Shown here: positions 24,629 to 38,279 of the stretch, one piece after another | Layout: the number at the start of each line of letters is the position of its first letter | Position numbering within the stretch: the stretch's first letter is position 1 | DNA from: Chiloscyllium plagiosum | Taxonomy: Eukaryota | Assembly (NCBI RefSeq): GCF_004010195.1 | Contig: NC_057711.1 | Location: 76,840,685 to 76,904,684 of the forward strand | Length of the DNA stretch: 64,000 bases | Direction: 5' to 3' | Made by a program: the position numbers and the translations under genes | Notes under the pieces: generated by a model | Database searches by the model: none | Told to the model about the DNA's origin: nothing | Seen by the model: the letters and a program-made list of their open reading frames with translations, nothing else

Positions 24629-26179
24629 GTTTCCTTTGTTAGGTATGACAGCAGAGAGGTTGCCTGATTCCAATGTACTCCAGTTTTTGCTCAGGTTCTT
24701 TGATTCCACACTTGGATACCTTGATGTCAAGAGCAGTCATCCTCAGTTCTCCTTGAGCTCCACTCTTTTTTCCATGTTTGGACAAAGACTATAATGAGAT
24801 TAGATGAGTGGGCCTGACTAATCTTGACAGCATTAATGAAACAAGTATTGTTAAATGCCACTTGATAAGATTGTTGGACACCTTCCACCAATTTGCTGAT
24901 GATTGTTCATAGACTGATGAGGCGATAATTTGTTGGGTTGAATTTGTTCTGTAGACAGGACATATCTGGGCAATTGCTTACATTGGGAGGTAGATGCCAG
25001 TCTTGTAACTACACTAAAACACTTAATTTGTGTTTTCAATAGGTCTGCAGTACTAAAAGTGTTATATTGTCAGGGCTTTTACACCACAACTAGTGCCTTC
25101 AGTCCTTTCTTGATATCATGTGAATCCAACTGAATTGGGTGAAGACTGGCATCTGTGATGCTGAGGATCTCAGGAGGAAGCCAAGACGGATCATCCAGCC
25201 AGCATTTCTGGCTGGATATTGTTACAAAAGCATCAGTCTCATTTTGTGACGTGCTGGTCTCCTCCATTATCCAGGATGGTGCAATTTATTGAGATACAGT
25301 ATGTCTACATACGATATTTGATCTTGCGGATTATTATTTTAAAAAGTCAATTTGTGTCATTGAAAGATATAACACAGAGCTGTTAGTCTCACTTCCCTGC
25401 TTCTTCCCCATAACCTGTAATTCATTTTCATTACAACTGTATCGCTGGTTACCTTTTGGAATATACCACCAAATTAGTTCCTTCCATTATTATTTTACCA
25501 TATTCCAGCAGAAAAAAAAATTCTCATCTCTCTGCTGGTTCTTTTTTCACCTTAAATCTGAGCCCTTGTGTCACTGATCCTCCTGTTGTTACAAACTGTG
25601 CCCCCTCCCACTCTAAAACTGTTTTTAAAAAAAACTTCAATCTAAATCTACTCAACCTTCTCTCCCCACAGCACCGCACCCTTGCATAATGCTTGTAGAT
25701 CTGTCCTGTAGCTTCTTGACAATAGCTGCATCTTATCTATTTACTTAGCTTTTTAAAGATAATAACAAGTCTCACGATACTTCACAGTAGTGTTAGAAGT
25801 AAAGTTTGTTACCGAATATAAGGCAAAACTAGGTCAAATGACTAAAACTTGGCCAAAGATATCTGTTTTAAGTCCTTAAAGGTGGAAAGTTAGGTAGAAA
25901 ATTCTGAAGCTCAGGGCTAAGGCAGCTGAAAGCAAAGTAGACAGCAATGGATTGACAAATCATGGATTCTCAAGCAAACCAGGTTTGATGAATGCAGGTA
26001 TCCTGGAAAGTTGCAGGGCTGAAAGAATGTTTCTTTGAATTTGATCATGGAATGTGGGAATTGCTAGGTGAACAATTATTGCCTATTTCTAGTAAGCCTT
26101 GAGCTGGTGGTGGTGACCTGTCTTCTTCAACCTCTGCAGTTCATGGGCTGTGGATACACTCCTACACCTTAGCTCCCTG

Positions 26180-26949
26180 GATTTATTTTGCCAATGACAG
26201 CCCTTGGATTGGTTTATCAACTAGGACCAGCTGTGAGTTCCAGAGAATTAAATATAGTAATGACTGATTCCTGGGTGAGCGACTACAGCTTTGCTTTTGG
26301 ACAATGCAGCAGAAACAACCAGTCAAGAAGGAGAAAACTTCCCTTTCAGTGGAGAAGTTAAAGAAAATCTCGAGCAGCTAAATACATGCTCTTTCTCAGC
26401 TAAATCTCTTCTTGAAAGGAAGAAAGTGGAAAAAAAAGCCTTCAGAAACAGTAAAAGGGTAGATCTTAACTGGTGAGTGAAAAGCTGAGGATCAGTGTAT
26501 CCACAGCCTCTGTCCTCCTCAACTAGTTGAGAGGAATGGGGTTGAATGAAAATATCTCATTGAAATCTATAATGTGGACCAGTGCCAGAACTGCATTGCA
26601 CTGACTTTACTTTTTGTTCCTCCCATCTGTAAAATGTGTGTGCTGTCATGTCTCTTTGTATATTTGTTTGTACGGGGTATGGAGATTTTTTTGTTAAAAA
26701 GTGGTAACGTTTAAGTAATAGTGTGTTAAGGTAATTTGTGTCCCTTTCTTGTCACTATTCAAAACTGGTTGATTGTAATGATAGATATTTTCTTGTTACA
26801 TACAGAAACTACTCAGTGTTTCCTTTTGACCTGGATTCATCGGTCAGGTAAACTGGGAACTTTGGATTTATTTAAATCTTTTCACATTTGAGATGACTCC
26901 AAGAATAATGGGACTTGATTTCCAGAGCTCTAACTCAGTGAGTTGTGAC
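26180..26949 (+). mobile_element. Probable LTR fragment
   Basis: Ends ggacttgatttccagagctctaactcagtgagttGTGACA, similar to the end at 61125-61163. Confidence 0.45.
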
Positions 26950-27474
26950 AGTTTAAATAGAACAAAAAACACACAACATAAAGGCTATCACAGCATTTAA
27001 TAGTGCAAATTAACATTTTAAGAATATGTAAAGTTTCACACCACATTCTTACGTAAAGAATGGTCACCAATTTGTCAAAGTAATAATGCCGAAGGGATAC
27101 AATAGCAGAGGGCATTGTTTTACATAATAGGCAGAGCAGCAGATATAACTACTACAAGGTACTGATTCCTCCTTTAGTGATGCTGTAGCTTCTGCCCTAG
27201 CATGCACATGTTCTTTAACTGTTTGACATCTTAAATTCCCTAATATAATATATATATACATATATAGCATTTTACATAGATTCAAAAGTATCTATGTCCA
27301 AATCCACATTGAAATAGCATTGCTCAATTTGACCATGATCTGAAATTTAACCATTTGAAATTCTGTGCAGTCAATGTGGCACAGAAAGTAGGAGATTGTT
27401 ATGCTGCCTGTCACATAGGGAAAAACATGCCCTTTTACAAACATCTTCATCTTTTTGGCAGTCACTTTAGGTAG

Positions 27475-30397
27475 TTTATTTTTAAATCCTATTTAAAAAA
27501 AAAGTGAGTTCATCCATTTGTTGTCTCATTTAGCTATGCTGTAAATCATTTACATAAACTATCCTTTAAAAGGGAAACAAACAACTGAAAATGTAATGGG
27601 CAATTTCGGACTTGCATGTGTTAATTGCTTTGCATTTTCTAACAATGCTTAGATGAGAGAATGTCATTAACATGTTACAATAAAAAATTATACTGTTTTT
27701 ACTTACAATAATCAAATGACCATGAATTTAGGAAGGCAAAATGTGACAGTATCTAGAATTTACGAGTGAAAACAGCTCTTTACAATTTTCAGAATGCACT
27801 CAATATTTCAATACATATCAGTTGCAAGTTTTGTAAATCATCAATATTTAGTTATTGGAATGGAGTTGTCACGAAGTAAGCAGATTGGTAACTGAGGGGA
27901 AAAAAGTTTTGGAAGCTCCCCCTTAAATCTGCTGAATGACACAAATAAACCAGTGAGTAATGGCTGCTGGACGATTTGTGCAGATAAGCTGCTAGGAAAC
28001 GGGGAGACAGGAGGAGAAACCACAACAAATGATAGAAGGGGCAATGCACTCAAACGTTAAGTGATTTGGTCACGGAATTAGCCAGTGATTTTCCCCATGA
28101 AAACAATAAACTGTAGTCTAGATGGGCCCTAAAGCCTTGTCAAGACAGAATGCATTCTTCTTGCTGTTCTTTAAAGTAGGTTTGTAGAAAGCTTGATCAG
28201 TGCAGAACAGAACTACAGAAATTTTAGAAATTATATATATATATATATATAGTCATTAAGAAAATAATCAAATGTTAAATTTGAATGCAACAATTTTCAT
28301 AATTGACATATTATTGGTTTACATTGACTATGGCTCATTCACCCTGGAAGTCAGTCAATCTTTTTGAAAGTTAAAGAACACTCAAGGCCAAAGGAGTCAT
28401 TAAAGTTAGAAATAGATAATACATCATGTAATTCTTTTCTTTAAAAATTATACAACCGAAGTTCACTAAAATTACCATTTAAAGTTACAGATTATTGCAT
28501 TGAAGCTTTTCTCATTATTAAAGTAAGGATTTAGGAAATAAAACATTTTCAAAAATATAACTTTAGAAGTCACTGATTTTCTTGGTAATTATCTACGTGG
28601 TTGACTGTTGTTAAAGGAAATCTCTATTCTATATTGCAGAGGTAACACATTAATGAAAAGTGTAAAAATCAAAATAAAATGACTTGGAATTAAGTGAATT
28701 ATACAACTAAAATGTGCATATTTTGTAAAATCCTTAAACTGTTTTAAAAATAAAGCAAAAATAGAATAAAATTGAAATGAATCAAATTCTAAGAAACAAT
28801 TTTTGAATATATCCCTTTGCCTGTAATTTATCACACTTGGTTGTGTATTATGTAGAAAGGGAATTAAAATTGTACTGCGGATTCTAACAACTGACTGATA
28901 GATGTCATTAACTGAGGTTTCTGAATTGAAACTTTTACATGACAATATATTCTGACAAACTAAATCTACAAACGTATTAACGAATGTTTTGCTCTGAATT
29001 TAGTACATACCAAAGATACAAATTCACAATGAAGGTAAAGATGAATAAATCAGACAAGTTTGTCACTTTTTTTTAAGCTATTCTCGGGATGTCAGTATCA
29101 TGAGCAGGGCTGATGCATTCTTGTGCATTCTCACACACCTTTGAAATATGGCACACCTTCTTCTTGAACTACTGCAGTTTGTGTGGAAAAAGATGCCCAC
29201 AGCACGGTGCTGTTAAATAGGGTACCCCAGGATTTTCAGCTAGTGATGCTGAAAGAAGAGAGATGCATGTCCAATGTCTCTTGGAAGGGAACTTAAAATA
29301 GAAAGCTTTTTTTTCCTTTTAGGAATGCTTTCGAACAGAAAAACAAAGGATGAAAAAAGGTCAGGAAGGAAGGTTTCTAACATTACAAAGTTGTTTCTCT
29401 TTTCAATTGTTTAAAAGTGTGCATTTAGTCACAATACAGTAATAAATATATTTTGGTAACTACACAACATTGGGAAGGGATTACTAGTGTTAGAGTGTAT
29501 GATCTAATTGAAAAATGGCTAGTACAGAAAGAAGATAATTTGCTTGGAACTACTGGCTTTGTGAGGGAATTCAGTATGAGAGTTTTCTTAATAATGCCAT
29601 CTCTGATTAAAATACCAGTTCATCAGCTCTCAATGCACAAGTATGGAGGACTTATGGCCAGATATGAACCTCCTTCAAGTGATCAGGAAATGGTATGGAT
29701 AATACAGGAGACTCCAATCTGTTAAATGAAACAGACAGCAGCACTGAGAATTTTTTAATAAGTTTTTAAAATGCTTCTCGAGGGTAAGTTTCCTTCTTTC
29801 CAGAACAGAATCAGTTGAAAATAAGTCATCTCCACTTGTGAAATGTAAAACTGGAAACATTCAAAATGGCCATTTCATGGTTTATCTATGTCAGAATAGC
29901 TCAAACTAAAGTTGCCTTTCAAGAATTTAATAAAAGCATTTTGAAATTTGAAATAAAGAACTTATTTTTCTCTTGCATTCCTTTGCAAAGCAGGAAAAGA
30001 TATTCCAAATAAATCTCACATCATATGCTTTCTCTAGTCATGATTGGATGCAAAAATGTCAAAAAGTGGTGATCATTTTACTGCTCACTGGAAAAAGGCA
30101 GGAAGAAAAGAGGCAATTTGACACTTGGAAATTTCCTCTAAATATGGCAATGCTAATGCAGTGCTTCTGATTGATAATTAGTTTGAAATTACAGTCTTGA
30201 ACTATATGTAAATTATTGCCACTTATTACAATATCATTTGACATTCTATTCACAGGCACAACTGTTCCAATGCATGACTCACAGAATAACACTTCATAAA
30301 ATAAACATGAACAACCAACACATAAACAGTTAAGTCAAGAATTAATGAAGGAAGATAACTGGTTCAGTTGCTAGTCAGAAACTAAAACTGTAAGTGT
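27475..30397 (-). other. PRUNE2: Probable PRUNE2 3' UTR (~2.9 kb) ending near an AATAAA at 27475-27480
   Basis: AT-rich and almost free of repeats downstream of the stop codon; minus-strand AATAAA at 27475-27480, with weaker ATTAAA alternatives near 29755 and 29926. The end point is an inference. Confidence 0.4.
28232..28250. repeat. (TA)n microsatellite
   Basis: tatatatatatatatatat. Confidence 0.9.
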
Positions 30398-30437
30398 TCA
30401 CTGGTATTCCATAGATTTATCGAGTGCTGTTTCAACT
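30398..30437 (-). CDS. PRUNE2: PRUNE2 terminal coding exon VETALDKSMEYQ* (TGA at 30398-30400)
   Basis: Strong acceptor ttttttctttttacccag; frame continues from the 48-nt exon and ends in TGA. Confidence 0.75.
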
Positions 30438-31466
30438 CTGGGTAAAAAGAAAAAAAGTAAGTTGTAGCATACTTTAGGAAGAAAGTCAAATAAAAGACAT
30501 AAAGGGAATCCATAAAAATACAAATAAATATAAATTATGGTTATCATTTTCAAAATTGGGCTGAAGGGTCTGAAAATAAGTTTATTAATTACAATGTTGA
30601 TTGTGATAAGTAAAATGCTAAGAATGGTATCAACTTCAAACAGCATTCATGATTTTATTATCACAGTACAGCAGTTTTGAGTTTTACTAAATACATGCAA
30701 TTTCCTTGTTTTTATAAGGAAAAGTTGAAGAAATAATTAAGACTCCTGGTTGGGATACCATTTCATGGAGATATGTTGCACTTTTGTACCTCAACCAAGA
30801 GGCCACTATCCATGAGTGAGCCTGGACAATAAGAGCCAGCAGGTCTTTGAAGATAAAGAACATTAGAACGAAGTTTGAATTTCTCCTTGATTTTGCTAAT
30901 GTATACTTCTAAGTGATTGTGAATGTAGGTTTACCTTCTTTTCCTAAACAAGGAACTGGATTTTGTGGAGCAAGATAGTGGACGAGTTTGGAGAATCATG
31001 TGGGAAACCATATATCACCGCAGGAGCAATGTATCCCAATTGCCAAAATGCAAGTGGGAAGGCAGCAAAACAGGAAACTCCATTGTTATCAGGAGAAAAT
31101 TCATAAATATTCAAAATCATTTACTGAGATTCACCATAGCCCCTCCGATTAAATAAAGCTGATGTGAGTCTGCCATACCCTAAATAACCCCTGCTCCTCT
31201 CCCCACTGAACACTGGTGGCCCATATATGGACTATCTGACCCACTGGCTGGGCTGTATTAACTTGGAGGAAAGTGAGTCACATGGTGTTGGACTGTCTTT
31301 GGATATTTCTTCGCTGTTTAAACCTGTCACTCAGAGGGGTAGAATTTGAGCAACAAAGTGACAAAGCCTAAAACTGGCTCTGAAAAAAGGACATTATACA
31401 GTACATCACAAATTATTACATTGCAGTGGCCATTTCACCAATCATGTCTTCAATGGCTCTCCTTAA

Positions 31467-32921
31467 ACAGGTGAGGTGCTGGAGGACTGGAGGGTTGCTC
31501 ATGTTGTCCCCCCTGTACAAGAAGGGTAGTAGGGATATTCCAGGTAACTACAGACCAGTGGGCCTGACATCAGTGGTGGAAAGGTTGCTGGAAAAGGTAC
31601 TGAGGGATAAAATCTATTTATATTTGGAAACGAGTAGGCTTTTCAGTGATAGGCAACATGGTGTGTGGGGGAAATCATGCCTCACCAACTTAATAGGGTT
31701 CTTTGAGGAAGTGACCAAGTTGATAGATGAAGGAAGAGCTGTAGATATCATATACATGGATTGCAGTAAGGTGTTTGATAAGGTTCCCACGGTAAACTAA
31801 TGGAGAAAATGAAGTCACCCTGTGTGCAGGGTGTTCTAGCTAGATGGATAAAGAACTGGTTGAGCAACAGCATACAGAGAGTAGTAGTTGAAGAGAGTTT
31901 CTTGAAATGGAGAAAGGTGACCAGTGATGTTCCACAGGGATCAGTGCTGGGGCCACTGTTGTTTGTGATATACATAAATGATCTGGAAGAGGACACTGTT
32001 GGTATGATCAGCAAGTTTGCAGATGACACAAAGATTGGTGGAGTAGCAGAAAGCATAGGGGACTGTCAAAGAATACAGGAGAATATAGATAGACTGGAGA
32101 GTTAGGCAGAGAAGTGGCAGATGGAGTTCAATCCAGGCAAATGTGAGGTGATGCATTTTGGGAAGTCTAATTCTAGAGTGAATTATACAGTAAACGGAAG
32201 AGCCTTGGGAAAAGTTGATGAGCAGAGATATCTGGGAGCTCAGGTTCATTATACCCTGAAGGTTGCTGCAAAGATGGAGAGAGTGGTCAAGAAGGCATAT
32301 GGTATGGTTGCCTTCATCGGACATGGTGTGGAGTATAACAGCTGGCAGGTCATTTTAAAATTGTACCAGACATTGGTTCGGCTGCATTTAGAATGCTGTG
32401 TACAGTTCTGGTCTCCACATGACCAAAAGGATGTGGACGATTTGGAGAGGGTGCAGAGAAGGTTTACGAGGATGTTGCCTGGTATGGAAGGTGCTAGCTA
32501 TGAAGAGAGGTTGAGTAGGTTAGGATTGTTTTCATTAGAAAAAAGGAGATTGAGGGGGGGACCTGACTGAGGTCTACAAAATCATGAAAGATATAAACAG
32601 GGTAGGTAGAGATAAGCTTTTTACCCAGGGTGAAGGATTCAATAACAAAAGGTCACTCTTTCAAGGTGAGAGGTGAAAAGTTTAAGAGAGATACACGCGT
32701 CAAGTATTTTATGCAGAGGGTGGTGGTAGGTGCCTGGAATGCGTTGCCAGCAGCAGTAGTAGAGACAGGCATGGTAGATTCATTTAAGATGTGTCTGGGA
32801 GCAGAGGGGTTCAGATGTTTAGGAATTGGGCAACACGTTTAGACAGCGGATTTGGATCGGCTCCAGGCTTGGAGGGCCGAAGGGCCTGTTCTTGGGCTGT
32901 ATTTTTCTTTGTTCTTTGTTC
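31467..32921 (+). mobile_element. CR1 LINE 5'-truncated ORF2 (RT domain) with (CTTTGTT)n tail
   Basis: NYRPVGLTS, SCLTNLI, VPQGSVLGPLLF, KFADDTK, LERVQRRFTRM; contains frameshifts and stops. Confidence 0.95.
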
Positions 32922-32924
32922 AAA

Positions 32925-33380
32925 TAAGCATTATGTGTTCATGCCATTCTCCTTCCATTTTCCATTCCATTTCACTTGTTTCTATTTCAGTAACAATACG
33001 ATACCCTTTTGAATGCCCAATTGAATCTGCCTCACTGCCAGGCAGTAAATTTCAGGCTCAAACCATTCCTCATATCACATTTGCTTCTTTTGCGTATCAC
33101 TTTAAGTCAATATTACTTAGTTCTTGATCCTTATTCAAGATGGAACAATTTCTCTCTCTCTACTGTATCCAGCCATTTCATGTTCTGAAAGCTTCCATTT
33201 AATTTTTTTCTTAGCCTTTTTCTCTCCAAGGAAACAGTCATAACCCTCTTCAATCTACACTCTTAACTGAAGTTTCTATCTTTGGACACATTCTTGAAAA
33301 TCTCTTCTGCACTCTCCCCAATGTGTTTTATAATTCCTATAATGATATGCTCACAAATGTACACAATACTCCTGCTGAAC
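32925..33380 (-). mobile_element. Old CR1 3' fragment, split by the younger CR1 (its tail lies at about 31395-31465)
   Basis: Degenerate CR1 3' sequence on the reverse strand. Confidence 0.5.
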
Positions 33381-34289
33381 AAACACCATCCAGACTATGT
33401 GAAACTACATCTATCATAACTACTTTCTTTAGAAGAGGAATGAAATAGTTGGGGACAAAAGATTCTAATCTGATTTAAGAAGTCCAGAATTCTGTGATAA
33501 TTGCACCTAAAACAAAAAAAGGATGTGACAATCCAAACATAGCTGAGCAGTTCTACTGAACATCAGTGGCCTGAAACATTAATCGTGTATTTGTCTCTTC
33601 AGTAAGGCCATCTGTATTACCTGAGTATTTATAACATTTTCTATTTTATTTCACATTTCCAGCAAGTTTTTATAAGCCTCAGTATTTTTTTCACTATTGG
33701 CTATATTCTCTAATTTCTCTGCTACCATGATTTGCTACTTACATGATGATGGATTCTGAATGAAACCCAAATATTGGGAACAAAAGATATAAAATCTATA
33801 CCGCATAATTATTTGATTTTGCATTATTTCATAGAAAAGCTGTTTAGTCATAATGAGAAATCTATGTTTGCTCCTAAACAAATAGATGGTATTGTATTGC
33901 AAACAGTTTTTCTTATTGATTTCAAATTACTAAGATGGTACAAGTCAGAGAATGATCGCAAATATGATTCTAATGACAATACAATCCATCAGAATAGCTA
34001 CTTAAGAGTAGCTTTTGAATTTTTGAACAGATTTATTTTACATTAGTTTGACTCCATGTCCATCAATATTTGTATCTGTTCATCACCATATGAAAGACTC
34101 GATGAATTACCATTGCAGTAGCAATAATCACATCATTGTTATGTGCAATGTCAAATATTTTTAATTATTTGGTGTGAATATATTCATACCTGTTTCTCAA
34201 TAAAGGAATGAAAAATCACCTTGATTTCTGAGAAAAGGGTTATCATTGATTAAAGAGTATTTGTTAAAGTTCCACATCAAAGTTTATTG

Positions 34290-35310
34290 CAAAAAATAAA
34301 AGCTCATGGTGGAAGGATAAGTAGGTCATTTTCTGGCTGACAAGATTTAACGACTGATGTGCCACAGGAATCATTACGGCACCTCAAAGTTTTACAACTT
34401 ACAATGACTTTGATGAAGGGAGGGAAACTTTTGTTGCTACATTTGTTGATGGTATAAAGAGAGATGGGAAAGTAGGTTGTGAAGAGGACATAAGGAGGAT
34501 ACAAAGGACTACAGAGAGGTCAGGTGAACAAAGATTCACAAATGCAGTAAAATGTGGGACAATGAGAAAATGTCCATTATGGCAGGAGGAATATTAGTAT
34601 ACATTATTTAAATGGTAAGAGTTTGCAAAACATTAAGATGCAGTGGGCTCCAGGTGTCATATTGGGAGAAGAATCAAACATAAAGGTAAGTAGGTCATGG
34701 GGAAATCACATCTAGAATACTTTATAAAGTATTAGTCTCTTTAGTTAAGAAAGGATGTAAATGCATTAGAAACCGTTCAGACAAGATTTACTGCACTCAT
34801 ATCAGCAAGTGTCGGTTGTCTTCTGAGGAAAGGTTGGACAAGCCACACTTGTATCCATTGAAATTTAGAAGAGTAAGAGGTGACATGATTATACATACAA
34901 GATTATGGTCTCAACGGGGTGTTATATGGAAAGCATGGTTCCTCTTGTGAGAGAATCCCGAATTAAAGGTCACTGTTTAAAAGTAAAGGATCCTTAATTT
35001 AAGATAGCAATGAGGAGACTTTTTTCTCTCTCAAAGTCATGAGTTTTTAGAACTCTCTTTAGCAAAAGGTGGTGGAGAATATATAGATTCTTGGTGAGAA
35101 TCTAAATAGATTCTTAGTAATAACCTTATTAAATTAACAATGTAAATTTATATTAATAACATAAGGTTATTATTTCATAACCTTCCACCCAAGCAATTGG
35201 GGATAGTGGGAATATGGAGTAATCAGATTAGAAACAATTTTACCAAATGGCACAGTAGGCTTGAGGCGCCAAGTGGCCTACTCCTACACCCAATTTGCAT
35301 GTTCGCATGT
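34290..35310 (+). mobile_element. Old CR1 RT and 3' UTR fragment
   Basis: gatgtgccacaggaatca (VPQES) and 3' tail ggcttgaggcgccaagtggcctactcct. Confidence 0.7.
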
Positions 35311-35525
35311 ATGCATGCTCATATACTTGTATGTGTTTGAAAAAATTAAATGAAAATAATTTAATCCAGAAATCATCCAATACATTTACGTCAATAAACC
35401 CATAAACATAATACAACAGATGATTATGTACCACAACAACACAGGACTGATAAAAATGCAAGTTAGAACTGCACATCCATAAAGAAGAGTCAGATGATTT
35501 ATGTTGATCATAATATTATTCTTAC

Positions 35526-35573
35526 TGCTGTTCCCCTGAAGGTGTTTTGGATTCACTTGACAGTCTGCTAGCT
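35526..35573 (-). CDS. PRUNE2: PRUNE2 48-nt exon ASRLSSESKTPSGEQQ
   Basis: Long polypyrimidine tract ending ttatttccatag, donor CA|gtaaga. Phase 2-2 and open; position fits the penultimate coding exon. Confidence 0.8.
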
Positions 35574-36989
35574 CTATGGAAATAAAAATCAAAAGAAAAG
35601 GAGCAATAAACAAGATTAATTTCTGACACTATAGGCAATGAACAAGAGGATATAATGTTTCTGACAGAATCAAGCACATGACTTATGTAATGCTGTGCAT
35701 ATTGTCACATCAACCAAATAAATTAAAAATTGAAAGAAATATGTTTTTATTTTCTTCAATGGAGAGGAAAGAGTTTGTGCTTATCATAGTGAAAATTAAT
35801 GCTTTTCTTTTTCTCTAACTACTCAAGAGATGAGGACTGCATACACTAAAGCCTATCACTTCTAAACAAATTGTGAAGAATTCTACACTAATGGAAATTC
35901 TGCTTGCCCAATATATTTGTCGAGGTATTTTTTCTGATTTAGGACTGTGCAGTGAAATAAATTCATTCGCTGAGGAGGTGGTCCAGGATCAAGCTGTCAG
36001 GTGAATTTGAGGGCAGGAAAAGGGTAACAGTTGCATGGAGGGAGGGAGTCAGTCTACAACAAATATTTCCTGAATATCCTGGAGAAGGACTCAGTCCTAC
36101 AGCAGGCACAAGCACACCACAAGAAATCAGATTAAACCGTTAGTGAAAAACAAACGTAGCTGGTACTGACTGGAATGATAAAGACATGAAGGTAGGTGGT
36201 ATATTCCAGGCTACCATGTACAGGTACTTCCAATGCATTAAGAGCATGTATAGATTGTACAGCTGGTGAGGAAAACTCCCGGGACACTGAAAGGTTGTGG
36301 ATCACTCCCAAATCAGAAAAGATAACTGGACAAATAAATGCAATAACATTTGTTGGTATTTGGCACTTGGAAATCACTGAAAAGTAACAACAAATGACCA
36401 AAGTTCTCTCTGATAATTCTGCTGAGTTGATGGATGCTACCCAAGCTTGAACAGCCCCAGGATATGAATCAACAATTAAGATAGACACACATGAATTATA
36501 TGGACCCAACAAGTCTCTAACATGCTCACTTCCAGTTTTAATGAAAATATATGCTGGTTAGTGATAAGTGGTTTGCATGATCATTTAAATATTATGAAGA
36601 TGCTTGCCGTTAATTTCTATGATCATTCTATTTATGACTCACGTCTGTCATGTTTCTAAAGCTTTGGGAAATCTGGCATGCAGAAAGCATTCATGAATAA
36701 GCAACTTCTGAACACTGCTAGGCTAGGAGGAGTAGACGTGATCCTTCTGGCTCAACAAGCTACCCATCAAATGTTGCCCAGCGTTCATGTGCTCCACTGG
36801 ACTATATGATCTCCTTGGCTGCTCAGCTAGGTTTAATTACTAATGCTATGACATTGACAAAATGTCTTGTCAGAGTTTTGTCATGCGTATTTTTTGTTCT
36901 ATCTTATTTTTTCAGTTAAAATTAGATTTATTCATCAAGGATTCTGCATTTTATGCCATCATATACATTCTAAAGAAAATGCAGCTGCC

Positions 36990-37362
36990 ATAAAATGGGG
37001 GAGGTGGGTGCAACTGTAGGTTGGTTCTCCAATTGTCACCAGGAGCTGGAAGGGAGTACTCTGCCCTTGTATTGACCAGCAGTCCACAGGGATAACCTGT
37101 GGGGCTACATATTGGGTGTAAGCCTCTCTTAGTTGAGGGATGAAACCCTCAAATGAGCATTAGATGCCCACTTAAGGGTCTCAATTATGTCATGGGAAGG
37201 TGGGGGGGGGGGGGGGGGGCAGAGAGAAATGGGGTTATCAACCCACTTCCTCAGCTGCCACTTATAAATGCTGTTGGGCAAGCCAGCATTTTGCTTGACA
37301 TCCTACTCTACAAATCCAGCAACCTGATTTCCTGCCTGTGGATGGCTCATAGAATCTAGCCA
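36990..37362. mobile_element. Probable non-autonomous DNA-transposon remnant with a poly-G run
   Basis: GC-richer block ending agaatctagcc; similar blocks at 42010-42840 and 47260-47670. Family not determined. Confidence 0.3.
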
Positions 37363-37784
37363 CCAACTCTGTCCAGATTGCTGACCCTGACGATCGTATT
37401 GTTCGCTCATATTTGAATGTTGGAAATGTGAGTAAATTCTACACATGATGATAATGGGCTGCGCTGTTCATTGTTGATACTTGTATGCTATTTTAAAGAA
37501 ACCGTTCTGTCGTTTATAGCCTACACTGCAAGTTGAAATCCCTTTCCAAAGTCTATGCTATGAGAAGGCTTGTGCCATAGCCAATAAGTGAAATATAATT
37601 ACAAGAATTTCAATTTGACTTCTGGTCAACTTTCTATTACCATATTGCACTGTGGAAATAGCTCAATTCTGAAGTTATTGGGGACAGAGGTTGCTTATAG
37701 AATTAATGTTTAATGTATCAGCTGGTAAGGAAATAAAATCCATAACGTTAAAAAAAAGTCCAATAACACTGAACTTTGACTTAC

Positions 37785-37823
37785 TTTGCCGCTTCTGATG
37801 CTTCTCTTAGTTCTTCATCCAAC
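37785..37823 (-). CDS. PRUNE2: PRUNE2 39-nt exon LDEELREASEAAK
   Basis: Acceptor attatcttctgcag, donor AA|gtaagt. The peptide matches the recalled human PRUNE2 C-terminal LDEELREASEAAK, which distinguishes it from BNIP2 and ATCAY. Confidence 0.92.
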
Positions 37824-38279
37824 CTGCAGAAGATAATGATTATATTGATAATTAAAAAGGACGCATCAAGATAACTGCAAAATAAATGTAACCGTTAACA
37901 TGCTGCTAAGCCTGATGCAAGTCTCAAGATGCAGTGATTAAGTATTTTGCACTGTGATTAGTATTTCCAACTCAGAATGCTGTCAACAGCTATCACCTAT
38001 CTTTGTTTAACAATATTTACTTGCTCAAATCTTCACAACAGATTTATGACAATGAGACAGTTTAAAAAAAAAAGAAAATCACATGCTTATTATGGAAAGC
38101 TGAAAATGCAGCCGCCTACTCAGATATTGTTAACATTCAGCATTTGGTAACCTGGCAAAGCAACTGAGACTCATTCTGGATTGAAGAAAGATAATTCTGG
38201 TTATTTATAGAGATGCAAAAAGTTGATCTGTATAATCCTGGCTTGGTAAAGGAAAAAAGGTAAACACACAAGCTAACCT

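Larger units (their letters stand above)
22860..25270 (-). mobile_element. Old CR1/L2-group LINE RT fragment hosting nested inserts
   Basis: Minus strand TAGVPLGSALDP (GVPQGSVLGP-like) near 24440-24480; a related 3' end lies at 47660-48345 (+). Confidence 0.6.

Noticed and set aside
27150-27186. Short exon-like segment AEATASLKEES
   Set aside because: Poor polypyrimidine tract and donor, and it lies beyond the stop codon.
29653-29718. Acceptor-like site with short ORF LESPVLSIPFPDHLKEVHIWP*
   Set aside because: It is downstream of the in-frame stop and would need the weak CA|gtgaac donor; more likely 3' UTR.
36132-36512. 126-aa minus-strand ORF inside a PRUNE2 intron
   Set aside because: No convincing splice sites or recognisable homology; the flanking exons already join in frame.
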